From an uncultured Clostridia bacterium (lineage in GTDB: Bacteria; Bacillota; Clostridia; Oscillospirales; Acutalibacteraceae), in contig CALWVR010000027.1 of NCBI GenBank assembly GCA_944385105.1, forward strand, positions 96,249 through 160,248: a stretch of 64,000 nt of DNA. The letters are read 5' to 3'. Each line of letters opens with the position of its first letter. The stretch's first letter is position 1. The notes under the pieces were generated by a model. It saw nothing but the letters and a program-made list of their open reading frames with translations, ran no database searches and was not told the DNA's origin. Position numbers and translations under genes: made by a program. Positions 16,840-26,702 of this stretch are shown piece by piece.

Positions 16840-17721
16840 TTGGGAGAAAATAAAAGAGAAAAGGAACTTCTCAAATCACTTGGGGCAGATGACAAGGTTT
16901 GTGAGGAGCTTTTAGAATACACTAAAAATAGATTTAATGTAGATGGATACGTGGAACAAGAAATAGAAGATGAACCATTTATCCAAATTTGGCGGAGAAT
17001 AGCTGATAGAAGCAAGAATGAACCTATAGAAGAGGTTATGAATGATGAAATACCTCATAGCGATAGTCCTATTAAACTAAAACACCCTGAACTAGTTAAT
17101 ATAGAAATATATAATTCTATAGCGGGAAATATACCTGTTATATATGCAAGGGATGAAGAGGACTTCTATGAAATAGTAAAGCAAATTATATATAAAGGTA
17201 AGGAAGCAAAAAATCTTGAGAAAACGGGTGCAAGTTTTGCTTATGGGAAAAACAATAAGTTTATTATTCTTTCAAATAAGCCATATAGTAATATTCAAGC
17301 GGAAAGTATAGGACTTGAAGAAGACCAGTGGAGAAGTTTTTCAGTTATTATAAGAAGAGAACATGAATGTACACACTATTTTACTAAGAGGTTTTTAGGG
17401 TCTTCTCAAAATAATATGCATGATGAGCTTATTGCTGACTTTGCAGGGATTACTTGCGCAATAGGGAAATTTAATGCTAAATGGTTTTTGATGGGCATGG
17501 GGATAGATAAGTATCCGCATGCTCAAGAAGATGGACGTTTTCCAGTTTATACGACTAGTTTATCAAATGAGGCTAAAGACATATTAAAGAGGATTATGGT
17601 AAAGGTAGCGTATAACGTTGAAAAATGGTCAGAATTAGAAGAGACTAAAATGATGAGTCGTAATGAAAGAGTACTGTTCTTGTGTAAAAATAGTATATTA
17701 GATCTTTATAAAATGTATTAG
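16840..17721 (+). CDS. Hypothetical 293-aa protein with zincin-like HExxH motif (REHECTHYF...MHDE); last gene of the peptide locus
   Basis: TTG start after GAGAGGTGAAG. It has HECTH followed 14 residues later by HDE, and no signal peptide or TM helix. I do not recognise the family. Confidence 0.6.
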   Translation: MGENKREKELLKSLGADDKVCEELLEYTKNRFNVDGYVEQEIEDEPFIQIWRRIADRSKNEPIEEVMNDEIPHSDSPIKLKHPELVNIEIYNSIAGNIPVIYARDEEDFYEIVKQIIYKGKEAKNLEKTGASFAYGKNNKFIILSNKPYSNIQAESIGLEEDQWRSFSVIIRREHECTHYFTKRFLGSSQNNMHDELIADFAGITCAIGKFNAKWFLMGMGIDKYPHAQEDGRFPVYTTSLSNEAKDILKRIMVKVAYNVEKWSELEETKMMSRNERVLFLCKNSILDLYKMY

Positions 17722-17749
17722 TATATTGATGAATTTTAATCTATAGGTA

Positions 17750-17785
17750 AAAAGTAGTCAAGGTAAGTATTGACTACTTTTTTAT
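17750..17785 (+). terminator. Rho-independent terminator closing the peptide locus
   Basis: Hairpin AGTAGTCA-loop-TGACTACT followed by TTTTT. Confidence 0.8.
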
Positions 17786-17802
17786 ATATAGAAAATTTTG
17801 TA

Positions 17803-17829
17803 ACACTAAGATTTAACTTACATATTATA
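17803..17829 (+). promoter_or_regulatory. Possible mother-cell (sigmaK-like) promoter
   Basis: An AC dinucleotide about 16 nt upstream of CATATTATA (consensus AC-N16/17-CATAnnnTA), in front of a coat-protein-like gene. This rests on pattern match only. Confidence 0.3.
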
Positions 17830-17860
17830 AGATGATAAGTTTTTTTTACATTTAGAATTT

Positions 17861-18574
17861 ATGGAGGTGCCAAGATTGGATAATTCAAACAATAACTTGC
17901 CCACAAATCCAAGTACTTTAAACCAACAAATGGACTTAGCAAGGATATATGGAATGAATATTGCTGATAATAACCTACCTACGGAAGGAACTATTGATGA
18001 CTATTCCCTGACACCAGTTCCTTCTTTAAATCAAGATTGTGCTAATTGTGCAGCAGAGAGCTTAAGTGAAGTATCGTTGCAGTTTCCACAATTAGAGCCA
18101 AATGATATGAACATAACAATGCCTAGAGCAGGTCAATCTAGTGAAACACAGAGAATAATGCAACAAAATAGGATAACAACTCCTCAAAGACAAATTGAAC
18201 AAACTTTACCTATAACAAATCCAACGACATCTAACTCAACGGGTAGCTCGAATACAACAACTAGCTCTGAAATGACGAGTAGCCCAATGACTATAAGTCA
18301 ACCAAATATGTTGTTTAATGAAAACGTAAATGGAAGTAATATAATGAATTTAGTTAATCCATGTGGAGACATGAACAATTTTTTAAGAACACAAATAGGA
18401 AAAGTATTGAATGTACAATTTTTATTGGGGACGAATGCGTTAGTAGAGAAAACAGGTGTTTTATTAGGAGTTGGAAGCAATTATATAGTGTTGAGAGATA
18501 GCGAAACTAATGATTTGATTTTATGCAACTTTGATGATATAAAATTTATACGCTTTGAAAATAATACACAGTAA
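17861..18574 (+). CDS. Spore coat protein GerQ-like (conserved C-terminal domain, Asn/Thr/Ser/Gln-rich N-terminus)
   Basis: The C-terminus GKVLNVQFLLGTNALVEKTGVLLGVGSNYIVLRDSETNDLILCNFDDIKFIRF resembles the GerQ/YwdL family pattern. The start may be TTG 17876, because ATGGAGGTG itself looks like the RBS. Confidence 0.45.
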   Translation: MEVPRLDNSNNNLPTNPSTLNQQMDLARIYGMNIADNNLPTEGTIDDYSLTPVPSLNQDCANCAAESLSEVSLQFPQLEPNDMNITMPRAGQSSETQRIMQQNRITTPQRQIEQTLPITNPTTSNSTGSSNTTTSSEMTSSPMTISQPNMLFNENVNGSNIMNLVNPCGDMNNFLRTQIGKVLNVQFLLGTNALVEKTGVLLGVGSNYIVLRDSETNDLILCNFDDIKFIRFENNTQ

Positions 18575-18753
18575 TTATGTGTTTTTAAGCTGCCTCGTAC
18601 TGATTATTAGTATTAGGCAGCTTTACAATTAGTTAAAAAGTTGACAGTACATATGTATAGCTGTTAAAATAAATATTAATAGCACTATAATTTAATAACT
18701 AGTGTTTTATAATTTATAGGAAAAGTAAAGATCATTTTATAGATTTTGGAGTA

Positions 18754-19038
18754 GTGATTTTTATGAAATTTATCAACATAGGTTTTGGCAATATGGTTTC
18801 TGTTTCAAGGATAGTTACTATAGTAAGTCCAGACTCAGCCCCTATTAAACGTTTGATAACTGATACAAGGGACAAAAATGAATTAATTGATGCCACTTGT
18901 GGAAGGAGAACAAGATCTGTAATAATTATGGATAGTGGCCATATAGTACTCTCGGCTATACAGCCTGAAACTGTTGCTAATAGACTAAAGGGAGAAGAAT
19001 CTTTAGCTGAGGAGGAGTCTTACTTATATGAACAATAA
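18754..19038 (+). CDS. remA: RemA (DUF370) extracellular-matrix/biofilm regulatory protein
   Basis: [32 protein letters not shown]...[25 protein letters not shown] is the canonical RemA/YlzA sequence. The likely start is ATG 18763. Confidence 0.9.
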   Translation: MIFMKFINIGFGNMVSVSRIVTIVSPDSAPIKRLITDTRDKNELIDATCGRRTRSVIIMDSGHIVLSAIQPETVANRLKGEESLAEEESYLYEQ

Positions 19039-19639
19039 AGGTTTGCTTATTATTCTCTCAGGGCCGTCAGGAGCTGGAAAGGATACGATTTTAGGAAGAC
19101 TTTTTCTAAAAAATGATAAAATAATAAAATCGATTTCAGCAACTACTAGAAAGAAAAGAGATAAGGAAATTGAAGGAAAAGACTATCACTTTATTTCTAA
19201 AGATGAATTTAATGACAAAATATTGGATGGGGATATGCTAGAATATGCCTGCTATTGTGAAAACTACTATGGAACCTCAAAAAGTGAAGTTGAAAAATTA
19301 AGAAATGATGGGTACGATGTTATCCTAAAAATAGAAGTTGAAGGGGCAAAGCAAGTCATGAATAAGTGTGGAGATGCCCTAAGTATATTTATAGTTCCCC
19401 CGTCTATTAAGATTCTTAAGGAAAGACTTTTTAATAGGGGAACAGAAAGTGAAAAAGAATTAGAATTAAGACTAGATAGAGCAAGAGAAGAAATAAATTG
19501 TGCGGTTAATTATGATTATATTGTTGTAAATGATGATCAAGATAAATGTGCAGAAGATATATATGAAATTATCTGTGCAGAAAAGATGAGATCATACAGA
19601 ATAAAAAATATTATTAATGAGGTGTTGAAAGAATGTTAA
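19028..19639 (+). CDS. gmk: Guanylate kinase
   Basis: P-loop GPSGAGKDT, and TTR...E..G.DYHF. Conserved remA-gmk-rpoZ order. Confidence 0.95.
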   Translation: MNNKGLLIILSGPSGAGKDTILGRLFLKNDKIIKSISATTRKKRDKEIEGKDYHFISKDEFNDKILDGDMLEYACYCENYYGTSKSEVEKLRNDGYDVILKIEVEGAKQVMNKCGDALSIFIVPPSIKILKERLFNRGTESEKELELRLDRAREEINCAVNYDYIVVNDDQDKCAEDIYEIICAEKMRSYRIKNIINEVLKEC

Positions 19640-19836
19640 GACCATCAATAGACGATATGCTTTCAGGGAAAAAAAGTAGATATTCGCTTGTTATAGGTGT
19701 AGCAAAGAGAGCTAGGGAGATTGCGCAAGAAGCGGCGCAGGAGGGGAAAATAATTACAGAAAAACCTGTAAATTTGGCAATAGAAGATTTTAAAGCGCAC
19801 AGGTATGCGATATTAGAACCGGAAGTTAATAATTAG
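19633..19836 (+). CDS. rpoZ: DNA-directed RNA polymerase omega subunit
   Basis: 67 aa with SRYSLVIGVAKRAREI. Position after gmk. Confidence 0.9.
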   Translation: MLRPSIDDMLSGKKSRYSLVIGVAKRAREIAQEAAQEGKIITEKPVNLAIEDFKAHRYAILEPEVNN

Positions 19837-19849
19837 GCTTTTAAGTTCG

Positions 19850-22315
19850 GTGGTTAAGATGGTAGACTATACTATAGCAAAAGTCTATATAGATGAGATG
19901 GTATATAGTAAAGATGTCACTTTTGACTATACTATTCCATATGATTTTCAAGGCAAAGTAAAAACCGGCGTTAGAGTTATTGTTCCTTTTGGTGTAGGAA
20001 ATAAAAAGCGCCAAGGGATTGTCTTTGAAACGACATCTGTATCAGAATTTGATAAGCTTAAGAAAATTTTCGCGGTGCTCGATGAAGCACCGCTTCTTAA
20101 TAGTGAGATGATGGATCTTGCTAAATTTATAAAGGAAAAATATTTTTGCACTTTTTTTGATGCAGTTAAATTAATGTTTCCAAGAGGAATGGATTTTAAA
20201 ATGTATGAATCTTATATTTTAAATTCAGAGATAGAATCATATAACTTAGAAAATCTTGATGATACCCAGAAAGCTATATTTAAATATATAAGTTTAAAAA
20301 AAGATCAAGTGTTAAAAGAAAAAATATTAAATAAGTTTGGACCTATTTCTATTAAGTGCTTGGATAAATTGGTAGAACTAAAGCTTTTGACTAAAAGCGA
20401 ATTACAGAAAAGAAGAGTAAATGACGCTACAATAAAAATGCTTAGATTAAGTAAAGGCATTGATTATTCAAAGAAATTTACAAAAAAGCAAGAAATGATA
20501 ATTGAAGCATTGAGTAATAAATTTGAAGGCATGTCACAAAAGGAACTGATGTATTTAACCGGAGTTAGTACGTCAGTTATAAATACTCTTATAGTAAAGG
20601 GAGCAATAGAGTGCTTTGATGAAGAAACTTATAGAGACCCATTTGTTAATAGAAACTTTGAAAAAAGAAAAAATAATATAGTTTTAACAGAAGAACAGGA
20701 AAATGCATATAAATCGATAATTTCACAATATAAGGAAAATAAATATAGGGTATCATTATTATACGGCATAACAGGTAGTGGTAAGACGGCTGTATTTATG
20801 AAGGCAATAGAAAAAGTCATAAGTGATGGAGAAAATGTTATTGTTATGGTACCGGAAATTGCACTTACTTCACAAATGATATCTATATTTAAGTCGAGGT
20901 TTGGGCAAGAAGTAGCAGTACTACACAGTGGACTTTCAAAAGGTGAAAGATTAGATGAATATAAGAGAATAAAAGATGGGCTTGCTAAAGTTGTAGTTGG
21001 GACAAGATCAGCTGTGTTTGCGCCATTTAGAAGTGTTGGACTTATAATAATGGATGAAGAGCAGGAACAAAGCTATAAATCAGACACTAATCCTCGATAT
21101 CATGCACGTGACATAGCTAAGTTTAGATGTTACTATCATAATAGTTTATTACTTTTATCTTCAGCAACCCCTTCTATTGAGAGTTTCTATTTTGCTAAAA
21201 TAGGAAGATATACTTTAAATTCATTAAAGCACAGGTATGGTAAAGCAGTATTACCTTGTGTATCTGTAGTAAATATGAATGAAGAGGTTCAGAATGGAAA
21301 TATGAGTCCCTTTAGTTCTGCACTTGTGAATAGACTAAAGGAAAATTTAGATAAGAAAAAGCAATCAATATTGCTTCTTAACCGTAGAGGATATAATACG
21401 TTTGTTTCATGTCGGATATGTGATGAAGTTGTAACGTGCCCTAAATGTAGCATATCAATGACTTACCACTTTGCGAATGGAAGGCTAATGTGCCATTACT
21501 GTGGGTATTCTTTAAAGATTAGTGATGAGTGCCCCAACTGTCATGAGCATAAATTGAGATATATGGGAGTTGGTACTCAAAAGATAGAACAAGACTTATT
21601 GACTCTGTTGCCGTCAGCAAGGGTACTGAGGATGGATACAGATACAATAGTTTCAAGATTTTCGTATGAACAGAATCTAAGGGATTTTTCTGAAGGCAAA
21701 TATGATATAATGCTTGGGACACAAATGGTAGCTAAAGGACTAGATTTTAAGGATGTAACTCTTGTAGGAGTTATATCTGCAGACCAGTCTCTTTATAGCG
21801 ACGATTTTAGAAGCTATGAAAGAACGTTCTCGCTTTTGACACAAGTGGTTGGAAGGGCAGGACGAGCTTTGGACATAGGAAGTGCTATAATACAAACTAG
21901 GACTCCAGAAAATGAAGTTATAAAGCTTGCAGCAAAACAAGACTATGAATCTTTTTATAAAACTGAGATTAAAATGAGAAAAGCACTTCTTTATCCACCG
22001 TTTGTAAGTATTTGTGTTATTGTCTTTAGTGGGACAAAGGAGAATAATGTATTAAATTCAGCATCTAACTTTTTTAATGATATAAAAAGCTTTTCTAATG
22101 AAAAGTATAAAACTATATCGCTTAGGGCTATGGGGCCCTCTCCTGCCCTGATTACCAAGATAAATAATAGATTCAGATACAAAATAATCATTAAGTTTAA
22201 AAATGAGAAAATGTTTAGAGCATTAGTAAATGATGCGATTGAAAGCTTTGGGAAAAATAAAGAAAATAGAGGAGTCAACGTACTTGTTGACATAAATCCA
22301 ACAGCAATTTTATAA
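19850..22315 (+). CDS. priA: Primosomal protein N' (replication restart helicase)
   Basis: Walker A GITGSGKT, DEEQE box, and Cys-rich zinc region CRICDEVVTCPKCS...CHYCGY...CPNC. 821 aa. Confidence 0.95.
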   Translation: MVKMVDYTIAKVYIDEMVYSKDVTFDYTIPYDFQGKVKTGVRVIVPFGVGNKKRQGIVFETTSVSEFDKLKKIFAVLDEAPLLNSEMMDLAKFIKEKYFCTFFDAVKLMFPRGMDFKMYESYILNSEIESYNLENLDDTQKAIFKYISLKKDQVLKEKILNKFGPISIKCLDKLVELKLLTKSELQKRRVNDATIKMLRLSKGIDYSKKFTKKQEMIIEALSNKFEGMSQKELMYLTGVSTSVINTLIVKGAIECFDEETYRDPFVNRNFEKRKNNIVLTEEQENAYKSIISQYKENKYRVSLLYGITGSGKTAVFMKAIEKVISDGENVIVMVPEIALTSQMISIFKSRFGQEVAVLHSGLSKGERLDEYKRIKDGLAKVVVGTRSAVFAPFRSVGLIIMDEEQEQSYKSDTNPRYHARDIAKFRCYYHNSLLLLSSATPSIESFYFAKIGRYTLNSLKHRYGKAVLPCVSVVNMNEEVQNGNMSPFSSALVNRLKENLDKKKQSILLLNRRGYNTFVSCRICDEVVTCPKCSISMTYHFANGRLMCHYCGYSLKISDECPNCHEHKLRYMGVGTQKIEQDLLTLLPSARVLRMDTDTIVSRFSYEQNLRDFSEGKYDIMLGTQMVAKGLDFKDVTLVGVISADQSLYSDDFRSYERTFSLLTQVVGRAGRALDIGSAIIQTRTPENEVIKLAAKQDYESFYKTEIKMRKALLYPPFVSICVIVFSGTKENNVLNSASNFFNDIKSFSNEKYKTISLRAMGPSPALITKINNRFRYKIIIKFKNEKMFRALVNDAIESFGKNKENRGVNVLVDINPTAIL

Positions 22316-22330
22316 AAAGGAGGATATATT

Positions 22331-22804
22331 ATGGCTAAGAGAAATATAGTATTTCAAGGAGACCCTATTTTAAGCAAGAAATCAAGGAAGGTTGAGAATT
22401 TTGACGAAAGGCTTTATCAATTATTGGATGATATGAAGGAGACATTGATTGATCAAAATGGTGTAGGCTTAGCAGCGCCACAGGTGGGAGTTCTAAGAAG
22501 AGTTGTGATTATAATGGAACACGAGGATGGAGATGTAATTGAACTTATTAACCCGGAAATTATTGAAACAAGTGGAAGACAAGAAAATGTAGAAGGATGT
22601 TTGTCTTGCCCTGGTGAATATGGAATAACGTTGAGGCCAATGAAAGTGAAGGTAAAAGCTTATGATAGATATGGAAAGGAACATATATACACAGGTGAAG
22701 AATTGCTTGCAAGGGCTTTTTGTCATGAGATAGACCATCTAGATGGAATCTTATTTAAAGAACATGTTATAAGGATGCTTGATGATTCAGAATTAGAAAA
22801 TTAA
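22331..22804 (+). CDS. def: Peptide deformylase
   Basis: Motifs GVGLAAPQVG, EGCLS and HEIDHLDG. Confidence 0.95.
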   Translation: MAKRNIVFQGDPILSKKSRKVENFDERLYQLLDDMKETLIDQNGVGLAAPQVGVLRRVVIIMEHEDGDVIELINPEIIETSGRQENVEGCLSCPGEYGITLRPMKVKVKAYDRYGKEHIYTGEELLARAFCHEIDHLDGILFKEHVIRMLDDSELEN

Positions 22805-22823
22805 TTTAGAAAAGAGTGATACT

Positions 22824-23744
22824 ATGAAAATTGTTTTTATGGGAACACCTGACTTTGCCGTACCATGTTTTGAGGCATTAGTAAAATCAGAATATGATAT
22901 TATTGGGGTATTTACAAACCCCGACAAGAAAAAAGGTAGAGGATATGCCGTTTCTATGCCACCAGTCAAGGAAATAGCTTTGCTAAATGGAGTAAAGGTA
23001 TTTCAACCCAAAACCTTACGAAGTGATGAGAGTTACGAGATATTAAAGGAATTGGCCCCAGACTTAATTGTTGTTGTTGCATATGGAAAAATACTGCCTA
23101 AAAATATATTAGAACTTCCACCTATGGGATGCATTAATGTGCATGGTTCACTCTTACCAAAGTATAGAGGAGCCGCCCCAATACAATGGTCTATAATAAA
23201 TGGTGAAGAAATTACGGGAATTACAACAATGTATATGAATGAGGGGCTTGACACTGGGGATATGTTGCTTCAGGAGGAAGTTAGTATAGGAGAAAATGAA
23301 ACGTCAGGAGAGCTTTTTGATCGGCTATGTAAAGTAGGCTCTGAGCTTTTAATTAAGACGATTAAAGGAATTGAGAATGGAAGTATTAAAAGAGTAAAGC
23401 AACGAGATGAAGAGGCAACTTATGCTCCAATGCTTACAAAGGAGATATCAAGAATTGACTGGACTAAAAATGCAAGAGATATTCATAACTTAGTAAGAGG
23501 CTTAAATCCATGGCCTAAAGCTTTTACTATGTTAGATGGAAAGGTATTAAAAATTTATAAAACAAATGTATTGCAAAATGTTATAGGAAAACCGGGAGAG
23601 ATTAAAAGTTTGGACCCATTTATAGTTTGCTGTGGAGATGGTAATGCCATTAAGATTTTAGAACTGCAGTTTGATTCTAGAAAGCGTATGAGGGCAGAAG
23701 ACTTTTTTAGGGGCTATAAGAATAGGAAAATAAATTTTGGTTAG
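22824..23744 (+). CDS. fmt: Methionyl-tRNA formyltransferase
   Basis: MKIVFMGTPDFAV, HGSLLPKYRGAAPIQW, and position after def. Confidence 0.95.
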   Translation: MKIVFMGTPDFAVPCFEALVKSEYDIIGVFTNPDKKKGRGYAVSMPPVKEIALLNGVKVFQPKTLRSDESYEILKELAPDLIVVVAYGKILPKNILELPPMGCINVHGSLLPKYRGAAPIQWSIINGEEITGITTMYMNEGLDTGDMLLQEEVSIGENETSGELFDRLCKVGSELLIKTIKGIENGSIKRVKQRDEEATYAPMLTKEISRIDWTKNARDIHNLVRGLNPWPKAFTMLDGKVLKIYKTNVLQNVIGKPGEIKSLDPFIVCCGDGNAIKILELQFDSRKRMRAEDFFRGYKNRKINFG

Positions 23745-23755
23745 GAGGGGAAATA

Positions 23756-24538
23756 ATGAATATAATAAGTATGTATATTTATGTTTTTTTTGCAATTTTT
23801 GTAGTGGTTATGTTATTAGTACTGCTACCAATTTACATATTTTTTTTTATTAGGGAATCATTAATTTTATCAAAGAATTCAAAGATAGATAATTCGGAAA
23901 ATTTAACGGGATATGAAGTAGCCCGGAAGATGTTATTAGGTGAAGGTATAAGGGATTTTAATATACGTGAATATTTAGGCTATCATTTATGGCCATCTAT
24001 AGACATAAACTTTTCTGGAAAGTATAACAAAAAGTATTTTAGAGCATCTTGTATTCTTCGAAAAAATGAAATAAGATTATCAGAAGATGTCTATTCAGGC
24101 AAGAATATATCAGCAGTTGCGATATCGGCTTATGAGGCTTGTCTTTTGATACAATATAATCAGGGGAATTTATTAGCAAAAATGCGGAATTTAATATACA
24201 AAATAGAATTTATAGGGGCGCTTTTATTTATTCCACTAGTACTTGTAGAATTTATTGTTATGAGACAGCAAAATCAGGTTTTTAGTCTTATAATAATAAT
24301 GTTTTTGAATATAATAATAGCTTTTGATATTTTAGCATTTGCTCTAGAGATAGCTTATAACCGTCGAAACATTAGTATACTGGAACGAAGTGAAGTGTTA
24401 TATGGAGAAGACCTTAAAAGGGCAAAGAAGGTAATAAATGCTGCATCATATTCATACCTTATATCAATGTTTGTAGAGATTATATATCTACTAATAAAAA
24501 TATCTTCCATAATAGATAAATTTAAAGAAAACAAATGA
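23756..24538 (+). CDS. Membrane protein, degenerate paralog of the YugP-type zinc metallopeptidase (HExxH lost)
   Basis: It aligns with the next gene (LTGYEVARKML / IRLSEDVYSGKNISAVAISAYEACLLIQ), but HEAGH is replaced by YEACL and an insertion disrupts the DHYDP region. Confidence 0.7.
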   Translation: MNIISMYIYVFFAIFVVVMLLVLLPIYIFFFIRESLILSKNSKIDNSENLTGYEVARKMLLGEGIRDFNIREYLGYHLWPSIDINFSGKYNKKYFRASCILRKNEIRLSEDVYSGKNISAVAISAYEACLLIQYNQGNLLAKMRNLIYKIEFIGALLFIPLVLVEFIVMRQQNQVFSLIIIMFLNIIIAFDILAFALEIAYNRRNISILERSEVLYGEDLKRAKKVINAASYSYLISMFVEIIYLLIKISSIIDKFKENK

Positions 24539-24656
24539 ATGGTATAGGCTTTTTTGATAATGTCTTTTAATGGTGGACATTATTATAATATAGTTTTTAA
24601 TGAAGCGGCAATGAGAGAAGTTTTTTAGAAAGAATAATTTTAGGTTAGGGGGAAAA

Positions 24657-25367
24657 ATGATGTATGGATTTTATTATTATGATTACACATACTTTTTATT
24701 TATGCTACCGGCATTCTTAATTGCTATGTATGCACAAATTAAAGTACAGTATACTTTTTCAAAGTATTCGACAATATACAATACAAGAGGATTAACAGGA
24801 GCACAGGCAGCACAACGAGTACTAATGAATAATAATGTTACGAATGTAGCAATTGAACGGGTTTCAGGACATCTTAGTGATCACTATGATCCTAGTACTA
24901 ATGTAATAAGGCTATCGGATGACGTTTATTCAAGTACATCAGTGGCTGCAGCTGGAGTAGCTGCCCATGAAGCTGGTCATGCGGTACAGCAAAATCAGGG
25001 ATATTTACCTATTAAAATAAGAAGTGCAATGGTTCCAGTTACAAAATTAGGCTCGTTTTTGTCAATGCCAATTATACTTTTGGGCTTACTACTACCAGTA
25101 CAGTATAGCTTCGTTGTTAATATAGGAATAATATTATTTAGCATGATAGTGGTTTTTGAACTTATAACGCTACCGGTAGAGATTAATGCTAGTCGTCGAG
25201 CAATTGACACACTAGAACAAACAGATACGTTATATGGTGAAGAGCTTGATGGAGCGAAGGAAGTATTAAGGGCAGCAGCATTTACTTACCTTGCATCAGT
25301 ATTTTCATCAGCCATGTCATTATTAAGAATATTGCTGATTACAGGGAATAGAAGAGGAAGAGATTAA
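24657..25367 (+). CDS. Membrane zinc metallopeptidase, YugP/Zn_peptidase_2 family
   Basis: LSDHYDP, VAAHEAGHAVQ, and C-terminal TM helices with EINASRRA. Confidence 0.85.
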   Translation: MMYGFYYYDYTYFLFMLPAFLIAMYAQIKVQYTFSKYSTIYNTRGLTGAQAAQRVLMNNNVTNVAIERVSGHLSDHYDPSTNVIRLSDDVYSSTSVAAAGVAAHEAGHAVQQNQGYLPIKIRSAMVPVTKLGSFLSMPIILLGLLLPVQYSFVVNIGIILFSMIVVFELITLPVEINASRRAIDTLEQTDTLYGEELDGAKEVLRAAAFTYLASVFSSAMSLLRILLITGNRRGRD

Positions 25368-26698
25368 TGAAGAACGCAAGACTTGTGGCACTTGATGCTT
25401 TATTGAGGGTTGACTTTGATGGTGGTTACTCTAATATAGTTTTAAACGAGGCAGTAAAGGAAGAGAGTTTAGATTCTAGAGATGTATCGTTAGTTTCAGC
25501 AATTTTTTATGGTGTATTGGAAAGGCGTTTAACTCTTGATTATATAATTTCCCAATTTTCAAAAATTAGAATAAATAAATTATCTAAAGAGGTTCATGAA
25601 ATACTTAGAATAGGGTTATATCAGCTTATTTACATGGATAAAGTTCCTGATGCTGCTGTGGTTGATGAATGTGTTAAATTAACTAAGGTAAAAAGACAAC
25701 AAAGTGCGGGGAAATTTATCAATGGTGTTTTAAGGGCTTTTTTAAGGGCTGATAAGTTATTTCAAATGCCAATGGATGAAATGGAATATTTAAGTATAAA
25801 ATATTCTTGTTCTAAATATATAGTTGAAATATTTATTAATTCATATGGTAAAGAAAACGCAATAAAAATATTGGAAAGTTTTTTAGGGGCGCCTTTGATA
25901 AATATACGTGTAAATACTTTAAAGACAACTACGGAGGAATTACTTGAAAAACTTAAAGAGGAAGGAGTAAGGGCAGAGCGCTCGAAGATTTTAGATAACT
26001 CGATAACTATTAACACAACGGGTAGAATAGATAAATTAAAGAGCTTTGTGGATGGTTTATTTCATGTTCAAGATGTTGCATCTCAAATCTGCTGTAAAAT
26101 ATTAAATCCAAAACCAGGTGAAAGGGTAATTGATGTTTGTGCAGCACCAGGAGGAAAAACCTTCACAATGGCTGAATATATGAAAAATAAAGGAGAGATA
26201 TTATCGTTTGACCAATATGATAGCAAAGTTAACTTAATAAAAAATGGTGCTGCTAGACTATCAATAAAGATAGTATCAGCTTCCAAAAGGGATGCGAGAA
26301 ATGCTGATAAAAAGTTGGCTTTAGCTGACAAAGTCCTTTGCGATGTTCCTTGCTCTGGACTTGGAATAATAGGAAGGAAACCTGAAATAAAGTATAAAAC
26401 GGAGAAGGATATCAAGGAATTACCAAAGGTACAGTATGATATACTGTGCAAGTCATCGGAGCTAGTAAAAATTGGGGGAACCTTAATGTTTTCAACATGT
26501 ACCTTAAATATGGTTGAAAATAATTATATTGCAGATAAATTTTTAAAAGAACATATGAATTATGAGAAAGATATAATAGACTTCCAAGAATTAGGATTAA
26601 AAAACAATTGGTTTGATGGAGACAATCAATTGACACTACTGCCAACTGTCTATGGTACAGATGGGTTTTTTATATCAGTATTTAAGAGGGTGAGGTGA
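25367..26698 (+). CDS. rsmB: 16S rRNA (cytosine967-C5)-methyltransferase
   Basis: NusB-like N-domain, SAM motif DVCAAPGGKT, and catalytic DVPCSGLG and FSTCT. Confidence 0.92.
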   Translation: MKNARLVALDALLRVDFDGGYSNIVLNEAVKEESLDSRDVSLVSAIFYGVLERRLTLDYIISQFSKIRINKLSKEVHEILRIGLYQLIYMDKVPDAAVVDECVKLTKVKRQQSAGKFINGVLRAFLRADKLFQMPMDEMEYLSIKYSCSKYIVEIFINSYGKENAIKILESFLGAPLINIRVNTLKTTTEELLEKLKEEGVRAERSKILDNSITINTTGRIDKLKSFVDGLFHVQDVASQICCKILNPKPGERVIDVCAAPGGKTFTMAEYMKNKGEILSFDQYDSKVNLIKNGAARLSIKIVSASKRDARNADKKLALADKVLCDVPCSGLGIIGRKPEIKYKTEKDIKELPKVQYDILCKSSELVKIGGTLMFSTCTLNMVENNYIADKFLKEHMNYEKDIIDFQELGLKNNWFDGDNQLTLLPTVYGTDGFFISVFKRVR

Positions 26699-26702
26699 TA
26701 TC

